DNA of 64,000 bases, from contig CAVWBU010000019.1 of the NCBI GenBank assembly GCA_963753345.1, forward strand, positions 1 through 64,000, read 5' to 3'. Source of the stretch: an uncultured Fibrobacterota bacterium (GTDB lineage: Bacteria; Fibrobacterota; Chitinivibrionia; Chitinivibrionales; FEN-1185). Of the stretch, positions 1-8,956 are shown piece after piece; positions within the stretch are counted from its first letter, which is position 1; each line of letters starts with the position of its first letter. Below the pieces are notes generated by a model. The model saw nothing but the letters and a program-made list of their open reading frames with translations. It was not told the origin of the DNA and searched no databases. A program made the translations under genes and the position numbers.

Positions 1-2
1 CC

Positions 3-533
3 AAAAGCAAACTTGGTATCGGCTATGGATACGACACCGACAACGAAGTCGACGGCCCCAATGAGGCCGGCAACGGTCCCAACGGGAATCCCACAGACAT
101 CAACGCCAAGTGCCTGTATTCAATCAACAATGGGTGCGGCGGCATAATGATATGGTCGATCGATCGCGCCCCGACCGTGTGCGACAGCGTCACCGCTTAT
201 TACGTGAATAAAACCGTGACGCAGGCCGGGCTGATCCCGTTGTGCGCTCTGCATCGCGGGCAGCGGGTCGCATTTACTATTGTGAATAATGGATCAACCG
301 GCATAAGTGAAATCAGATATTCGGTGCCATCTGCCGTGAGTGTTAAGCTGGCGCTTTTCAACATGAAAGGCGCGCTGGTGCAGAAGCTCGCCAGCGGTCA
401 GCGCGAACCGGGAACCAACTACACCGTTGTTGTGAGTAAAAACATTTCGGGCAATTCCGTCAAGCCCGGTGCTTATGTCGTGAAGCTCGCCACACCCGAA
501 AGCTCAGAGCAGGGCACAATAATAATCAAGTAA
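3..533 (+). CDS. 3' part of a GH18 chitinase-like protein with a C-terminal Ig-like secretion/sorting domain (5' end outside the window)
   Basis: The frame is open from base 3: KSKLGIGYGY...AKCLYSINNGCGGIMIWSID resembles the GH18 last-strand motif (GG.MIW). The tail LALFNMKGALV...PGAYVVKL resembles a T9SS/FlgD-Ig-like C-terminal domain. Confidence 0.65.
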   Translation, partial: KSKLGIGYGYDTDNEVDGPNEAGNGPNGNPTDINAKCLYSINNGCGGIMIWSIDRAPTVCDSVTAYYVNKTVTQAGLIPLCALHRGQRVAFTIVNNGSTGISEIRYSVPSAVSVKLALFNMKGALVQKLASGQREPGTNYTVVVSKNISGNSVKPGAYVVKLATPESSEQGTIIIK

Positions 534-598
534 CAGCACTGGGCAGATTGATTTCCGAAACATCGGATTTGCAAGTGCCTTAACTATGGAGTGATGAG

Positions 599-2275
599 AT
601 GAATTGCCAAAAAAGCTTTTGTTCCGAATATGATGATCTGTCCGACCGGCTGTTCGCCCCTGAGCCCAGTGCTGAGTTCGTCGAAGCATTGTCGAAGGGT
701 AACGGCCGCAACATTAAGCCATTCGTGCGTCAACAGGCTCAGCACGAACGATTTAGTGGAGGAATCGCTGTCGGGCGGAAATCCAAAAGGGTTTGTTTTG
801 CCACGCTGTTGACATCATGTATGGTTACCCTTAGTCTTGCCCAAACCGATTTCCTTAAAACCGACGGCATGAACATCCGGAACAATATGGGCAAAGGTGA
901 CACGGTTCGGTTGTACGGAGTTAACATCGGCGGTTGGGAAATCATCGAGACATGGATGGCGCCGATGAACGGCGCGCATAACGAATGGGACGCCCGCAAC
1001 CTGCTGGCAAGCAGGTTCGGCTGGGACAGCGCGGTCGCGCTGAAAAAGATTTACCTGAACTCATGGTTAAGAAGCGACGATTTTCCGAGGATAGCGGCTG
1101 AGCATTTGAACTGCGTTCGGCTCCCCATGCTGTGGTGTGATTACATGGACACGAACGGGAACTGGCTCAAAAAGCCGGACGGCGACACCGATTTTACCCT
1201 GCTCGATTCCTTTGTTGTCAATGCGAGTAAAAACGGCATTTACACTGTTTTCGACCTGCACGGCGCGCCCGGTTCGCAGAACGGCGCGGACCATTCGGGC
1301 AGGGAAGACGGGAAGCTCCTGTACTCGGTCCCGAAGTATAAGACGTTCCTGATAAACTGGTGGAAAGGCGTTGCCTCGCACTTCAAATGCGTTGCCTCGG
1401 TCGCGGGATACGACCTGCTCAACGAGCCGTCGTCAACATATACAAACCCCATGGGCGCGGACGTCGTCGCATTATACGATACCTTGTACAAGGAAATCAG
1501 GAAAATCGATCCGGACCACATGATTATCATGGAAGGAATCTGGTCATGGGACGTGCTGCCCCAGCCGTCTTCGAAAAACTGGACAAATGTCGTTTATCAA
1601 CTTCATTGGTACTATTCGGGAGATCCGGCGACCGGGGTGAATGGCGACGTGAGCAACGCCCTTACGTACATGAACAACTGGAAGGTGCCGTGTTATGTCG
1701 GGGAATTCCATTTTTCCGGCCAGACCGCCTACGGCACGAATAAAATGTCGCAAAACCCGATCAGCTGGACTATGTGGACATATAAGATAGACTACAACGA
1801 CGATTGGGGCATGTATGTTCCGACCAACGGAAGTTCGACCCCGAACCTGAACACCGACACCTATGCCCAGATCGCGCAGAAATGGAACACCTGGGACACG
1901 CAGAACCACTTCACCCGGAACACCGGCGTTGCCAACGCGCTGAAGACCGCGGCAACGCTTAACGGCGAACCGAAACATCCGCTGCCGATTACCAGGATTT
2001 CATGTGTAACGCCGGTCATCCAAAAAGCAACGCCACATGAGGTAAGTTCTTTTCAAATGAGAAAAACCGGTAATGGTTCGCTTTTGGCGGATTGGCCATC
2101 GACGCAAAAATTCACGTTGTCCCTTGTATCTGTCAAGGGCCAGGTCGTTGCAAAACGAGTTGGAACCAGCGGCAGCTGTGTCTTTGACATGAGGGGAATC
2201 GCACCCGGGGTATATCAGGTCGTGGCCCAGATTGGTGGAGTCATGTACAACCGGCAAGTGATGATTGCGCGATAG
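599..2275 (+). CDS. Secreted GH5 glycoside hydrolase with C-terminal sorting domain (true start probably near 770)
   Basis: Motifs GVNIGGW, NCVRLP, DLHGAPGSQNG, YDLLNEP (acid/base), HWY and VGEF (nucleophile). A signal-peptide-like stretch follows GGAGG at about 758. Tail PGVYQVV. Confidence 0.85.
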   Translation: MNCQKSFCSEYDDLSDRLFAPEPSAEFVEALSKGNGRNIKPFVRQQAQHERFSGGIAVGRKSKRVCFATLLTSCMVTLSLAQTDFLKTDGMNIRNNMGKGDTVRLYGVNIGGWEIIETWMAPMNGAHNEWDARNLLASRFGWDSAVALKKIYLNSWLRSDDFPRIAAEHLNCVRLPMLWCDYMDTNGNWLKKPDGDTDFTLLDSFVVNASKNGIYTVFDLHGAPGSQNGADHSGREDGKLLYSVPKYKTFLINWWKGVASHFKCVASVAGYDLLNEPSSTYTNPMGADVVALYDTLYKEIRKIDPDHMIIMEGIWSWDVLPQPSSKNWTNVVYQLHWYYSGDPATGVNGDVSNALTYMNNWKVPCYVGEFHFSGQTAYGTNKMSQNPISWTMWTYKIDYNDDWGMYVPTNGSSTPNLNTDTYAQIAQKWNTWDTQNHFTRNTGVANALKTAATLNGEPKHPLPITRISCVTPVIQKATPHEVSSFQMRKTGNGSLLADWPSTQKFTLSLVSVKGQVVAKRVGTSGSCVFDMRGIAPGVYQVVAQIGGVMYNRQVMIAR

Positions 2276-2400
2276 GTGCGTTAATCGAACAATGATACAA
2301 TTTGCACACGGGCATCGTTCATGATGAGAACGTGTCCTGAGTTTATCATGAACAACTCAAATAGGATTTTCTAAAATTGTAATGTCTTCAGGAGGAAAGC

Positions 2401-3492
2401 ATGAAAAAATCCTCAGTTCTTGTTCAGTTCTTAATTTTGATTTGTTCCGCGGCTTTTATTCCACCAGCATTACAAGCAGAACCTTTAGCATCGAGCAGCG
2501 CTCAAGATTTTCCCGGCAAAGTCTGCGCTCCCTATGTGGAATGCTGGGGAAATCTGTCCGTCTCCACCCTGGCAACCGGCACCGGTAACAAATACTACAC
2601 CCTTGCTTTTATGATATCCAACAGCACTGCCAACAGCGCGCCGTACTGGGACGGCAGCATGCCGCTTAGCGACAATAAATACGTGAGCGATATTGCAAAT
2701 CTTCGCGCACAGGGCGGCGATGTCATCATTTCCTTTGGCGGCGCATCCGGATCGGAACTCGCTCAGGTATATACCAGCGTGAATCCTTTGCAAGCGGCGT
2801 ATCAGCAGGTGATCACGAAATACAATTTGAACTGGATGGACCTTGACATCGAGGGAGCATTCATCGCCGATGCAGCGGCCATCAACCGCCGCAACCAGGC
2901 CCTCAAGAACCTGCAGGCCGCCAATCCCGGCCTGAAGGTCTCCTATACGCTGCCCGCAATGCCCGAAGGCCTCACCCAGGACGGGTTGAATCTGCTCTCA
3001 AATGCCAAATCAAACGGCGTGCAAGTTGATATTGTCAACGTCATGGCAATGGACTATGGCTCCTGCAACGTCGACATGGGCCAAGCAGCCGTCAATGCCG
3101 CCAGCAATACTCACAGCCAACTTGCCGCCCTGGGTGTTTCCGCGCAGATCGGCATCACGCCGATGATCGGCGTCAACGATGTCTCATGCGAAAACTTTTC
3201 AACAGCGAATGCGCAGACCGTGGTGAATTATGCCAACGCAAACAGCCACATCGGGTTCCTGGGGTTCTGGGCAATGGACGTCGATGCAAACCATAATTAC
3301 TTGAACATCTTCAAGACCTTCAACGCTCCGATTTCCGTGGTTCCAGTGATGAGCAAAGCGCTTTCACTCGCACATCAGAGGGCCGGAATCTATGACGCCA
3401 TGGGCCGGATTGCAACGCCCTCAAACAGACCGTTTTCGGTGGAGAAAACTATTACGGTTAACGGGAGCAGGCATACACTGAGGATCAAGTAG
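2401..3492 (+). CDS. Secreted GH18 chitinase
   Basis: RBS GGAGG, signal peptide, ISFGGASG, catalytic MDLDIEG (DxDxE), VNVMAMDY, GITPMIG. Confidence 0.9.
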   Translation: MKKSSVLVQFLILICSAAFIPPALQAEPLASSSAQDFPGKVCAPYVECWGNLSVSTLATGTGNKYYTLAFMISNSTANSAPYWDGSMPLSDNKYVSDIANLRAQGGDVIISFGGASGSELAQVYTSVNPLQAAYQQVITKYNLNWMDLDIEGAFIADAAAINRRNQALKNLQAANPGLKVSYTLPAMPEGLTQDGLNLLSNAKSNGVQVDIVNVMAMDYGSCNVDMGQAAVNAASNTHSQLAALGVSAQIGITPMIGVNDVSCENFSTANAQTVVNYANANSHIGFLGFWAMDVDANHNYLNIFKTFNAPISVVPVMSKALSLAHQRAGIYDAMGRIATPSNRPFSVEKTITVNGSRHTLRIK

Positions 3493-3695
3493 ACGACCGC
3501 GAAGGATGCTCTTCATCTGCCACCATCATTGAGGACGGTTACGGGGACCTCACCTGCACAAGCTCCAATCCCAAATACGGTCCGCATACGTACTTTGTCA
3601 ATCCCGTTACCTGCCCTAATCAAAAGACACCGGTCTGGTGGAGCCAGTTTATAGCTTCCAACCATAAGTAGATAAAATTGGCATAAGCAATGGGA

Positions 3696-4127
3696 TGGGC
3701 GTTCCCTTCGCTTCGCTCGGGTCTCCTTCCGGTCCACCCCTTCGGGTGCTTCCAAGGGTCGTCGGCCTCCGGCCTCGGGCCGCCACGGCCTTATGGCCCA
3801 CAGGGCCGGGTCCGGGCGGCATCCCGCCTCAAGCGGGACCATTTTTCCAGTCGCCCCTAACGCGCGGCAAAGGAATTCTATTCGGTCAATTATTGTTTTT
3901 CGCGCCATCGATATCAAAGATACGCATACGTAAACGCGTATACGCGTCTACTTCTCAACTCTTTAGCTATTCAACGTTTCACCTTATTCAACTGCTCCAC
4001 GTGGGTGCCCCCCAGCCGAAGCAGCTTTCTTGCAAATCAACTTACTTGGGGGCCACCCAGAAGGGGGTAGCGAAGGACACCACAGGCCGAAGGCCGAGGA
4101 GGCCGGAGCGAGGGGGATACCTCCCCC
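3696..4127 (+). repeat. Dispersed structured intergenic repeat, copy A (module 1 + linker + module 2)
   Basis: TGGGCGTTCCC...CCTAACGCGCGGCAA (3696-3870), then linker, then GGGTGCCCC...GGGGCCACCC-AGAAGGGGGT...GGGGGATACCTCCCCC (4003-4127). The same anchors recur at 7 other loci. Confidence 0.9.
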
Positions 4128-4162
4128 GTGGATATTTCTTCTAGCGGAGTGCTTTTATCCAA

Positions 4163-6202
4163 TTAGCTAAATTCAACCGTATTCTTCCCATCCATTATTA
4201 TCAGCCCCTCAAAAAACTCCCCGGCCTGGCCCATGCACTTGAACGGCCTCGGGCTCTTGCCCGCGCCCACGAAGAAACCTACTTCGTACGCGGTCGCCCC
4301 CGCCGCGACTTCCTGTTCGTCAACATGCACGCCGACAAGGTCGACGCGGCAGTTCTTCCAGTAGGGCGGCGAATTTCTCGCCCGGGAAGGGCCGTAGGCA
4401 AGCCCCTTGGAGCGTCCCCACACAAACTGGAACAGCAGGCGGTCTTCCACGCTCGCCCAGAACGAGGGGCAGCTTATTTCCTTGAAGGTCTCACGGCGCG
4501 GCGTGAACAACTCGTGCTGCGAGCCGCCGGAGAAGTCGATGCTCTCCTTTGTCCAGACATCATTGACAATGTGGATGGGGGACAATAACTGTTCCCGGAG
4601 CGCGACATTTGTTTGCGCGGTGATCCTGTCGAACACGAGCAGCCCGTCGTCGCCCCAGGTCACCACGCGCACGTCCCTTGACAAAAGCAGTTCCCCGCCG
4701 CCGCCGAAGTAGTGGAGGCGGCCCATGGTCTCAAAGCCGTCTTTCTGAATACGGTCGTTGTGAAAAACGACGTCCCAACGCCTGACGCGTTCCCCGGTCG
4801 CCGGAATGCCGAGCATGTCGGCCCTGTGCTGGACCACCAGTTCCGGATAGCTGTGCACGTTGAGACCGATCACGGGATGGCCGGAAAGCGCCTTCCAGGC
4901 GACGCTGCGCGTCATGCGCACGTTGCGGCGGTAGCAGACCTCCACGAAGGGATAAATTTGCCGCGTGTCAACCGCGCTTTCTATCTGGCCCGTGGTGTAG
5001 AACCGGAACTCCTCGGGAAACGGCAGCACGCCAAGCATGGCAAGCTCGAAACCGACCTGGCTCTGAAAGAGAAGCTCCCAGCCTTCGTGCGCGGGCGTAA
5101 ACCCCAGAACCCAGGGCGCGCCGGCCGGGTCTCCGGGCGCGAGCTTCTCGTTCATCCATGATAGCAGTTTGCCGGTTATCGAAAACGCGCGCGGGTCGTT
5201 GTTCCACAGCCCCCACGCGAGCGAAAACGGCCGGGGCATAAAGTAGGGAAGGTCCTGGCCACCCGGCGCGTAAATCATGCCTGTGGGCAGGCAGAACCGG
5301 AGCAGCAGGTCGAACGCCTGCTGGTGGTTGGTGCGCCGGAAGTACTCCGGCGCGGGCCTGCCGTGGAGCGCGTAGGCCGCCATGGACAGCACCACCCACA
5401 TGCCGTAGCACAAAATGTCCGGATGGAAGAAGCCGTGGTTCTCCGCGGTGAGGTCGGGAAACAGGGTCTGGGTCGTTGCGAAATGGGAAACCGATTTCTC
5501 GAGGTATGCCGAATGGTCGGCCCTGTCGTTCTCCGACGAGGCGATGTTGAGCGCCCACACCGCGCAGGTCCGCTTCCAGCGCTCAATGTTGGGATGGCCG
5601 TCGCAGAGGTTGATGGCCCAGCTTAGGCACAGAACGTCGAAGGCGTTTTCCTCGAGCTTGGTGTCGACGTCACAGCCGCTCGGCGGCAGCACGCCGGTAA
5701 ACCGGTCGGCCTCGTAAGCGAGCACGCGCTTCACTTTTTCGACAAGCTCCGGAGCAAGCGCCTCGCGGGCGAGCCTGCACGAGAGGCCGAGGAGCGCCGC
5801 CCACAGGCTGCTGCGCCAGTTCTCGCCCCACCGCTTGCGCTCAAGGAACGCCTCCACGTCGCGGCTTCCCGTAAGGTGCGTGTCGCACGCCCATGCAATG
5901 CCTTTGCGGATAATGTCAATAAGCCGGTCTTTTGTCACCAGCGGCTCCAGAAGCGCGGTTTCGTTTCTGTAAAGAAACGCGGAGAGCGTGCAGAGCGCCT
6001 GCAGATGGGGACGCACCACGTATTCTATGACCGGCGACGACGACCCCACCGTCCGCATGTTGAATGCCTGCGGATCAACGGTGCCGAACAAGCCGCAGGT
6101 ATCGTCGAGGTCGTGCCACGAGGAAAGGTAGTAGCCCATGCCGCGCTGCAGCAGCTGGAGAACCGAATGCGGGTCGAGCTTTTCCTCAAAGGTGAGCGCC
6201 AT
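4163..6202 (-). CDS. Hypothetical 679-aa protein, possibly an alpha-toroid plus beta-sandwich (lyase-like) fold
   Basis: Long ORF with GC-rich codon usage. N-half looks helical (DTKLEENA, TAENHGFFHP) and C-half beta-rich. No signal peptide. Confidence 0.75.
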   Translation of the reverse strand: MALTFEEKLDPHSVLQLLQRGMGYYLSSWHDLDDTCGLFGTVDPQAFNMRTVGSSSPVIEYVVRPHLQALCTLSAFLYRNETALLEPLVTKDRLIDIIRKGIAWACDTHLTGSRDVEAFLERKRWGENWRSSLWAALLGLSCRLAREALAPELVEKVKRVLAYEADRFTGVLPPSGCDVDTKLEENAFDVLCLSWAINLCDGHPNIERWKRTCAVWALNIASSENDRADHSAYLEKSVSHFATTQTLFPDLTAENHGFFHPDILCYGMWVVLSMAAYALHGRPAPEYFRRTNHQQAFDLLLRFCLPTGMIYAPGGQDLPYFMPRPFSLAWGLWNNDPRAFSITGKLLSWMNEKLAPGDPAGAPWVLGFTPAHEGWELLFQSQVGFELAMLGVLPFPEEFRFYTTGQIESAVDTRQIYPFVEVCYRRNVRMTRSVAWKALSGHPVIGLNVHSYPELVVQHRADMLGIPATGERVRRWDVVFHNDRIQKDGFETMGRLHYFGGGGELLLSRDVRVVTWGDDGLLVFDRITAQTNVALREQLLSPIHIVNDVWTKESIDFSGGSQHELFTPRRETFKEISCPSFWASVEDRLLFQFVWGRSKGLAYGPSRARNSPPYWKNCRVDLVGVHVDEQEVAAGATAYEVGFFVGAGKSPRPFKCMGQAGEFFEGLIIMDGKNTVEFS

Positions 6203-6208
6203 GGGAAA

Positions 6209-6448
6209 TCAGACAGGCTCCTGCGGAAGCGGGTTGTCCATGGGATACAGCGCGATGTTGCCCTGCCCGGCGTCGTCGGCGCATTTGCGGGCAAATTCGC
6301 GGGCGGTGTTGGAGTCGTACAGCACCACGAAGCCGTCGCCGAAGAAGTGCGGCCGCCGCTCGCCCTGGAGCCAGGAGAGGCGTTTGTCAACTTCCCCGCG
6401 CAGAAACGAGGGATCGCTCCCCGAGTAGCCGATGCCGATGTACGCCAT
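6209..6448 (-). CDS. Small hypothetical protein (79 aa), probably co-transcribed with 4163-6202
   Basis: ATG start after an AT-rich region. 6-bp gap to the next gene on the same strand. Confidence 0.6.
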   Translation of the reverse strand: MAYIGIGYSGSDPSFLRGEVDKRLSWLQGERRPHFFGDGFVVLYDSNTAREFARKCADDAGQGNIALYPMDNPLPQEPV

Positions 6449-6513
6449 AATGTTAAAAATTAACAGGTGCCGGAGGTAAGATAAAAACTTGGCTTATTAT
6501 TTAATAGAAGAAT

Positions 6514-6693
6514 TGGGCGTTCCCCCGCTGCGCGGGGTCGGTCTCCCTGCGGGCTCGGCCGTTCGGCCTCGTTGCCGGATCGCCCTATGCCTATCGGCCG
6601 GGTCGACCGGCAATTCGCTTTTGCTCACCCTCCGGTCCACCTAACGCGCGGCAACAGGATTACGTTCTGTCAAGTGGCGCTACTTGCGCCATC
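6514..6693 (+). repeat. Structured repeat, locus B left half (module 1 plus partial linker)
   Basis: TGGGCGTTCCCC...CCTAACGCGCGGCAAC. The interior is nearly identical to copy C module 1. Confidence 0.85.
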
Positions 6694-6770
6694 CAGAATA
6701 CTCATAAAGCAATGCAAGAAGACCCCGATTAGTCAAGCTCAAGCAAATTGTGGATGGGTCTTACTACCCA

Positions 6771-6907
6771 GCGCCAGGCAGGACTGGAGGCCGCGCCAAA
6801 GCGCGGTGCTGCCTGACCACGGCCCGCAGGGCCCTTGTGGCAGGCAGCCCGAGGCCCGCGGCCGAGACCGGAAGGACGGCCGCCGCCGCGCAGCGGCGGG
6901 GCGCCCA
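6771..6907 (-). repeat. Structured repeat, locus B right half (module 1, inverted)
   Basis: The reverse complement reads TGGGCGCCCCGCCGC...GGCCTCCAGTCCTGCCTGGCGC, closely matching copy E at 18061-18198. Confidence 0.85.
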
Positions 6908-6965
6908 GATCTTCTCTTAAGTTCTAAAACAAATCTTGAAGCGCGGATATTATTTTTTGTGGTAT

Positions 6966-7041
6966 GGGGCTGTAGCTCAGCTGGGAGAGCGGTTGGTTCG
7001 CAATCAACAGGCCAGGGGTTCAATCCCCCTCAGCTCCACCA
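6966..7041 (+). tRNA. tRNA-Ala(CGC)
   Basis: 76-nt cloverleaf, GGGGCTG/CAGCTCC acceptor with G3:U70, anticodon loop TTCGCAA, encoded CCA. Confidence 0.95.
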
Positions 7042-7050
7042 TCCTTTCTT

Positions 7051-8304
7051 CTACGCAATCTTCCTGTCGACCTTCAATCCGAACACAGGCTCGGTCTTGC
7101 GCAGAATCACGTCGCGGGTGATGAGGCATTCCTTGATGTCGTCGCGGTCGGGTATCTCAAACATGATCGAGATGAGGACGTTCTCCAATACGCTCCGCAG
7201 GCCGCGGGCGCCGGTCTTCTTTGCCACCGCGGTCCGCACTACCTCGCGCAGCGCGTCCTGCGAAAAGGTGAGGCGGATGCCTTCCATGGAAAACAGTTTC
7301 TGGAACTGACGCACGAGCGAGTTCTTGGGCTGGGTGAGGATCTTGAGCAGGGCCTCGTCGTCGAGCTGGTCGAGCCCGAACACCGCAGGCACCCTGCCCA
7401 CGATCTCCGGAATCATGCCGTATTTGATGAGGTCATCGGGCTCGACCTTGCGCAGCATGTCGCCGATGGAGTTTCCCTGCTTGCGCTTGAGCTCGGCATT
7501 GAACCCCATGCGGCTCTGGCCGATGCGCGCTTCGATGACGTCTTCGAGCCCGACAAACGCGCCGCCGCAGATGAAAAGGATGTCGCGCGTGTTGATGGGA
7601 ATCAGGTTCTGCTCAGGGTGCTTGCGCCCGCCCTTGGGCGGGACGTTCGCGATGGTGCCTTCGAGGATCTTGAGCATGGCCTGCTGGACGCCTTCGCCCG
7701 ATACGTCGCGGGTGATTGACGGATTGGGAGATTTCCTCGCGATCTTGTCGAATTCGTCTATGTAAATGATCCCCTTTTCGGCCTTGGGAACTTCGTAGTT
7801 CGACACCTGCAGGAGGCGGACGAGCATATTTTCCACGTCCTCGCCCACATACCCCGCTTCGGTGTACACCGTGGCGTCGACAATGGTAAACGGCACCTTG
7901 AGGAGCTTCGCCAGGGTATGGGCGATAAGGGTCTTGCCCGTGCCGGTGGGGCCGATGAGCAGGATGTTGCTTTTCTCGATTTCCACGCCGTCGTCGTCGA
8001 GCTGAGTGCGGGACAGTATCCGCTTGAAATGGTTGTACGCCGCGACGCACACGCCCTTTTTCACGTCGTCCTGGCCGATCACGTACTGGTCGATAAAGGA
8101 CTTCATCTCCCGGGGCGTGGGGAGCGTGTCGAGGGCGAGGTCGCCGGGCGTTTTACTCTTGTCCTCACGCAGGATCTCGTTGCACATCTCGACGCATTCG
8201 GCGCAGATGTGCACGCTCGGGCCGGTGATGAGCTTGGCCACGGTGTCGGCGCTCTTGCCGCAGAAGCTGCACTTGATGCCCGGATACTTCGGCTTCTGGT
8301 TCAT
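7051..8304 (-). CDS. clpX: ATP-dependent Clp protease ATP-binding subunit ClpX
   Basis: CSFCGK zinc finger, GPTGTGKT Walker [24 protein letters not shown]. Confidence 0.98.
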   Translation of the reverse strand: MNQKPKYPGIKCSFCGKSADTVAKLITGPSVHICAECVEMCNEILREDKSKTPGDLALDTLPTPREMKSFIDQYVIGQDDVKKGVCVAAYNHFKRILSRTQLDDDGVEIEKSNILLIGPTGTGKTLIAHTLAKLLKVPFTIVDATVYTEAGYVGEDVENMLVRLLQVSNYEVPKAEKGIIYIDEFDKIARKSPNPSITRDVSGEGVQQAMLKILEGTIANVPPKGGRKHPEQNLIPINTRDILFICGGAFVGLEDVIEARIGQSRMGFNAELKRKQGNSIGDMLRKVEPDDLIKYGMIPEIVGRVPAVFGLDQLDDEALLKILTQPKNSLVRQFQKLFSMEGIRLTFSQDALREVVRTAVAKKTGARGLRSVLENVLISIMFEIPDRDDIKECLITRDVILRKTEPVFGLKVDRKIA

Positions 8305-8305
8305 C

Positions 8306-8893
8306 TCACTTTTCCCTTTTGGTAAGGATCTCGTCGATGATGCCGTAGGCAAGCGCTTCTTTCGCGTCCATAAAGAAGTTACGGTCGGTGTCCTTGCTGA
8401 TCACGCTCACGGGCTGGCCGGTGTGCTTTACAAGGATGGAATTGAGCGTTTCCTTGATGCGCATGATTTCCTTGGCGTGGATCGCGATGTCGGTGGCCTG
8501 GCCGCCCGCGCCGCCGGCCGGCTGGTGCAGCATGATGCGCGAATTGGGGAGCGCGTAGCGCTTTCCCTTGGCGCCGGCCGCAAGCAGAATGGCCGCCATG
8601 CTCGCCGCCTGCCCGATGCAGATGGTGCTTACATTCGGCTTGATGAACTGGATGGTGTCGTAAATGGCGAGTCCTGCCGAAACCACGCCGCCCGGAGAAT
8701 TGATGTAGATGGTGATGTCCTTGTCCGAGTCTTCGTATTCGAGGAAGATGAGCTGGGCCATCACGAGGTCGGCAATGGTCTCGTCGATCTCCTGCGCCAT
8801 AAAAATGATGCGTTCCTTGAGCAGCCTGGAGTAGATGTCGTAGGAACGCTCGCCGCGACCGGTCTGTTCGACGACAATCGGAACTAATGACAT
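8306..8893 (-). CDS. clpP: ClpP protease proteolytic subunit
   Basis: [45 protein letters not shown]. Confidence 0.98.
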   Translation of the reverse strand: MSLVPIVVEQTGRGERSYDIYSRLLKERIIFMAQEIDETIADLVMAQLIFLEYEDSDKDITIYINSPGGVVSAGLAIYDTIQFIKPNVSTICIGQAASMAAILLAAGAKGKRYALPNSRIMLHQPAGGAGGQATDIAIHAKEIMRIKETLNSILVKHTGQPVSVISKDTDRNFFMDAKEALAYGIIDEILTKREK

Positions 8894-8956
8894 GCTGATA
8901 TCCTCTTGTTTATGATGTAATGCGTGCGATGAATTTGTCAAGATACTTGAAAGATT

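Noticed and set aside
2316-2353. GTTCATGAT...ATCATGAAC inverted repeat between GH5 and GH18 as an operator
   Set aside because: Single occurrence, with no second copy near other hydrolase genes. It cannot be distinguished from a weak terminator or chance.
3696-4127. Repeats as riboswitches or simple terminators
   Set aside because: Orientation and position relative to genes are inconsistent, the neighbouring functions are unrelated, and there is no consistent U-tract after the final hairpin.
3695-4144. ORFs over the structured repeats (3695-4144, 6572-7309, 8920-10071, 10960-11409, 18030-18260, 58553-58795) as a repeated small protein
   Set aside because: Similar peptides such as GATQEGVA arise from the shared DNA. 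Copies differ in frame and length, and the substitutions preserve base pairing rather than codons.
6966-7050. Integrated element at any of the three tRNAs
   Set aside because: No integrase, phage genes or duplicated tRNA 3' ends are visible.
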